Shown here piece by piece: positions 63,446-64,000 of a stretch of 64,000 nucleotides of DNA (positions within the stretch are counted from its first letter, which is position 1; every line of letters starts with the position of its first letter). The position numbers were made by a program, and so were the translations under genes. Source of the DNA: Lama glama (taxonomy: Eukaryota); assembly GCA_028534125.1 (NCBI GenBank), contig CM052817.1, forward strand, positions 75,084,001 to 75,148,000, given 5' to 3'. Under the pieces are notes generated by a model. That model made no database searches. It saw nothing but the letters and a program-made list of their open reading frames with translations, and had not been told where the DNA came from.

Positions 63446-64000
63446 GAGGTCAGGAGGATAACACTCTGATCACCAATAGCCATGGCTGGACGAACAAATG
63501 CCAAAAGTCTGATTAAATGCACACATTTTAGTGATGCCAATGTGGACTGAAGTCCAACAAAGACCAGCTGACTCATGAGGTCCTTATCCAGTGTTAGAAA
63601 TCACACTCACAGCAGCATTCTTAGCCCAGTATTTAAGTTAGATCATACTTGGGGGGATGGGAAGGAGAAGGCAGAAAATTATGAGAAGACACATGAATTA
63701 AACAATTCTTCAAAGAGGATAAACCATAACTAATAGAGCTACCTTGTGTTGGCATTTGTTTTTTATTATCAGCATGGAGGGAGCCTCAAAAGCTTAGTTA
63801 GTTTCATTATAAATAAAGAAGTCATAATATTTTTGTGATTGTGAAATTCATAGCTTCTATGTTAGCACAAAGAATTATTTCTTTCTTCCAAGTTTAATTC
63901 CTTTTGACTTTCTGCATTTGGAAGGACAAACTGATTCTGACGCAATACACAATTTACCACCTAGATCCAGGCTGTAAATACATAACACACTTCTTAGGCA

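Overview
This window is mammalian, not prokaryotic. It is strongly AT-rich, CpG-poor, repeat-dense intergenic or deep-intronic DNA. A tRNA-derived SINE of the camelid Vic-1 type (56734-56873) and four cetartiodactyl-type L1 3' ends suggest a camelid (alpaca/llama/camel) genome. I find no intact protein-coding exon, rRNA, tRNA gene or CRISPR array. The ORF track is explained by chance ORFs, microsatellites and transposon fossils. Much of the window is transposable-element debris: old L1, L2, MIR and MaLR fragments, DNA-transposon MITEs (MER2-, MER33- and MER45-like), two well-bounded ERV1-type solo LTRs, a truncated class I ERV with LTR, PBS and decayed gag, and an ERV-L reverse transcriptase fossil with an LTR16-like 3' LTR. 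The most unusual unexplained signal is a ~270 bp CpG-retaining, repeat-free segment (32732-32995) built from a chain of about eight adjacent short hairpins, a candidate structured conserved element. Other oddities are a 25-bp inverted repeat with two TACGTG cores, a 33-bp identical direct repeat 1020 bp apart, a 34-bp perfect palindrome, a perfect 64-bp tandem duplication and small transcription-factor site clusters. Repeat family names come from recalled consensus sequences, not a database search, and boundaries of old repeats are approximate. I cannot claim a new biological system from this sequence alone.
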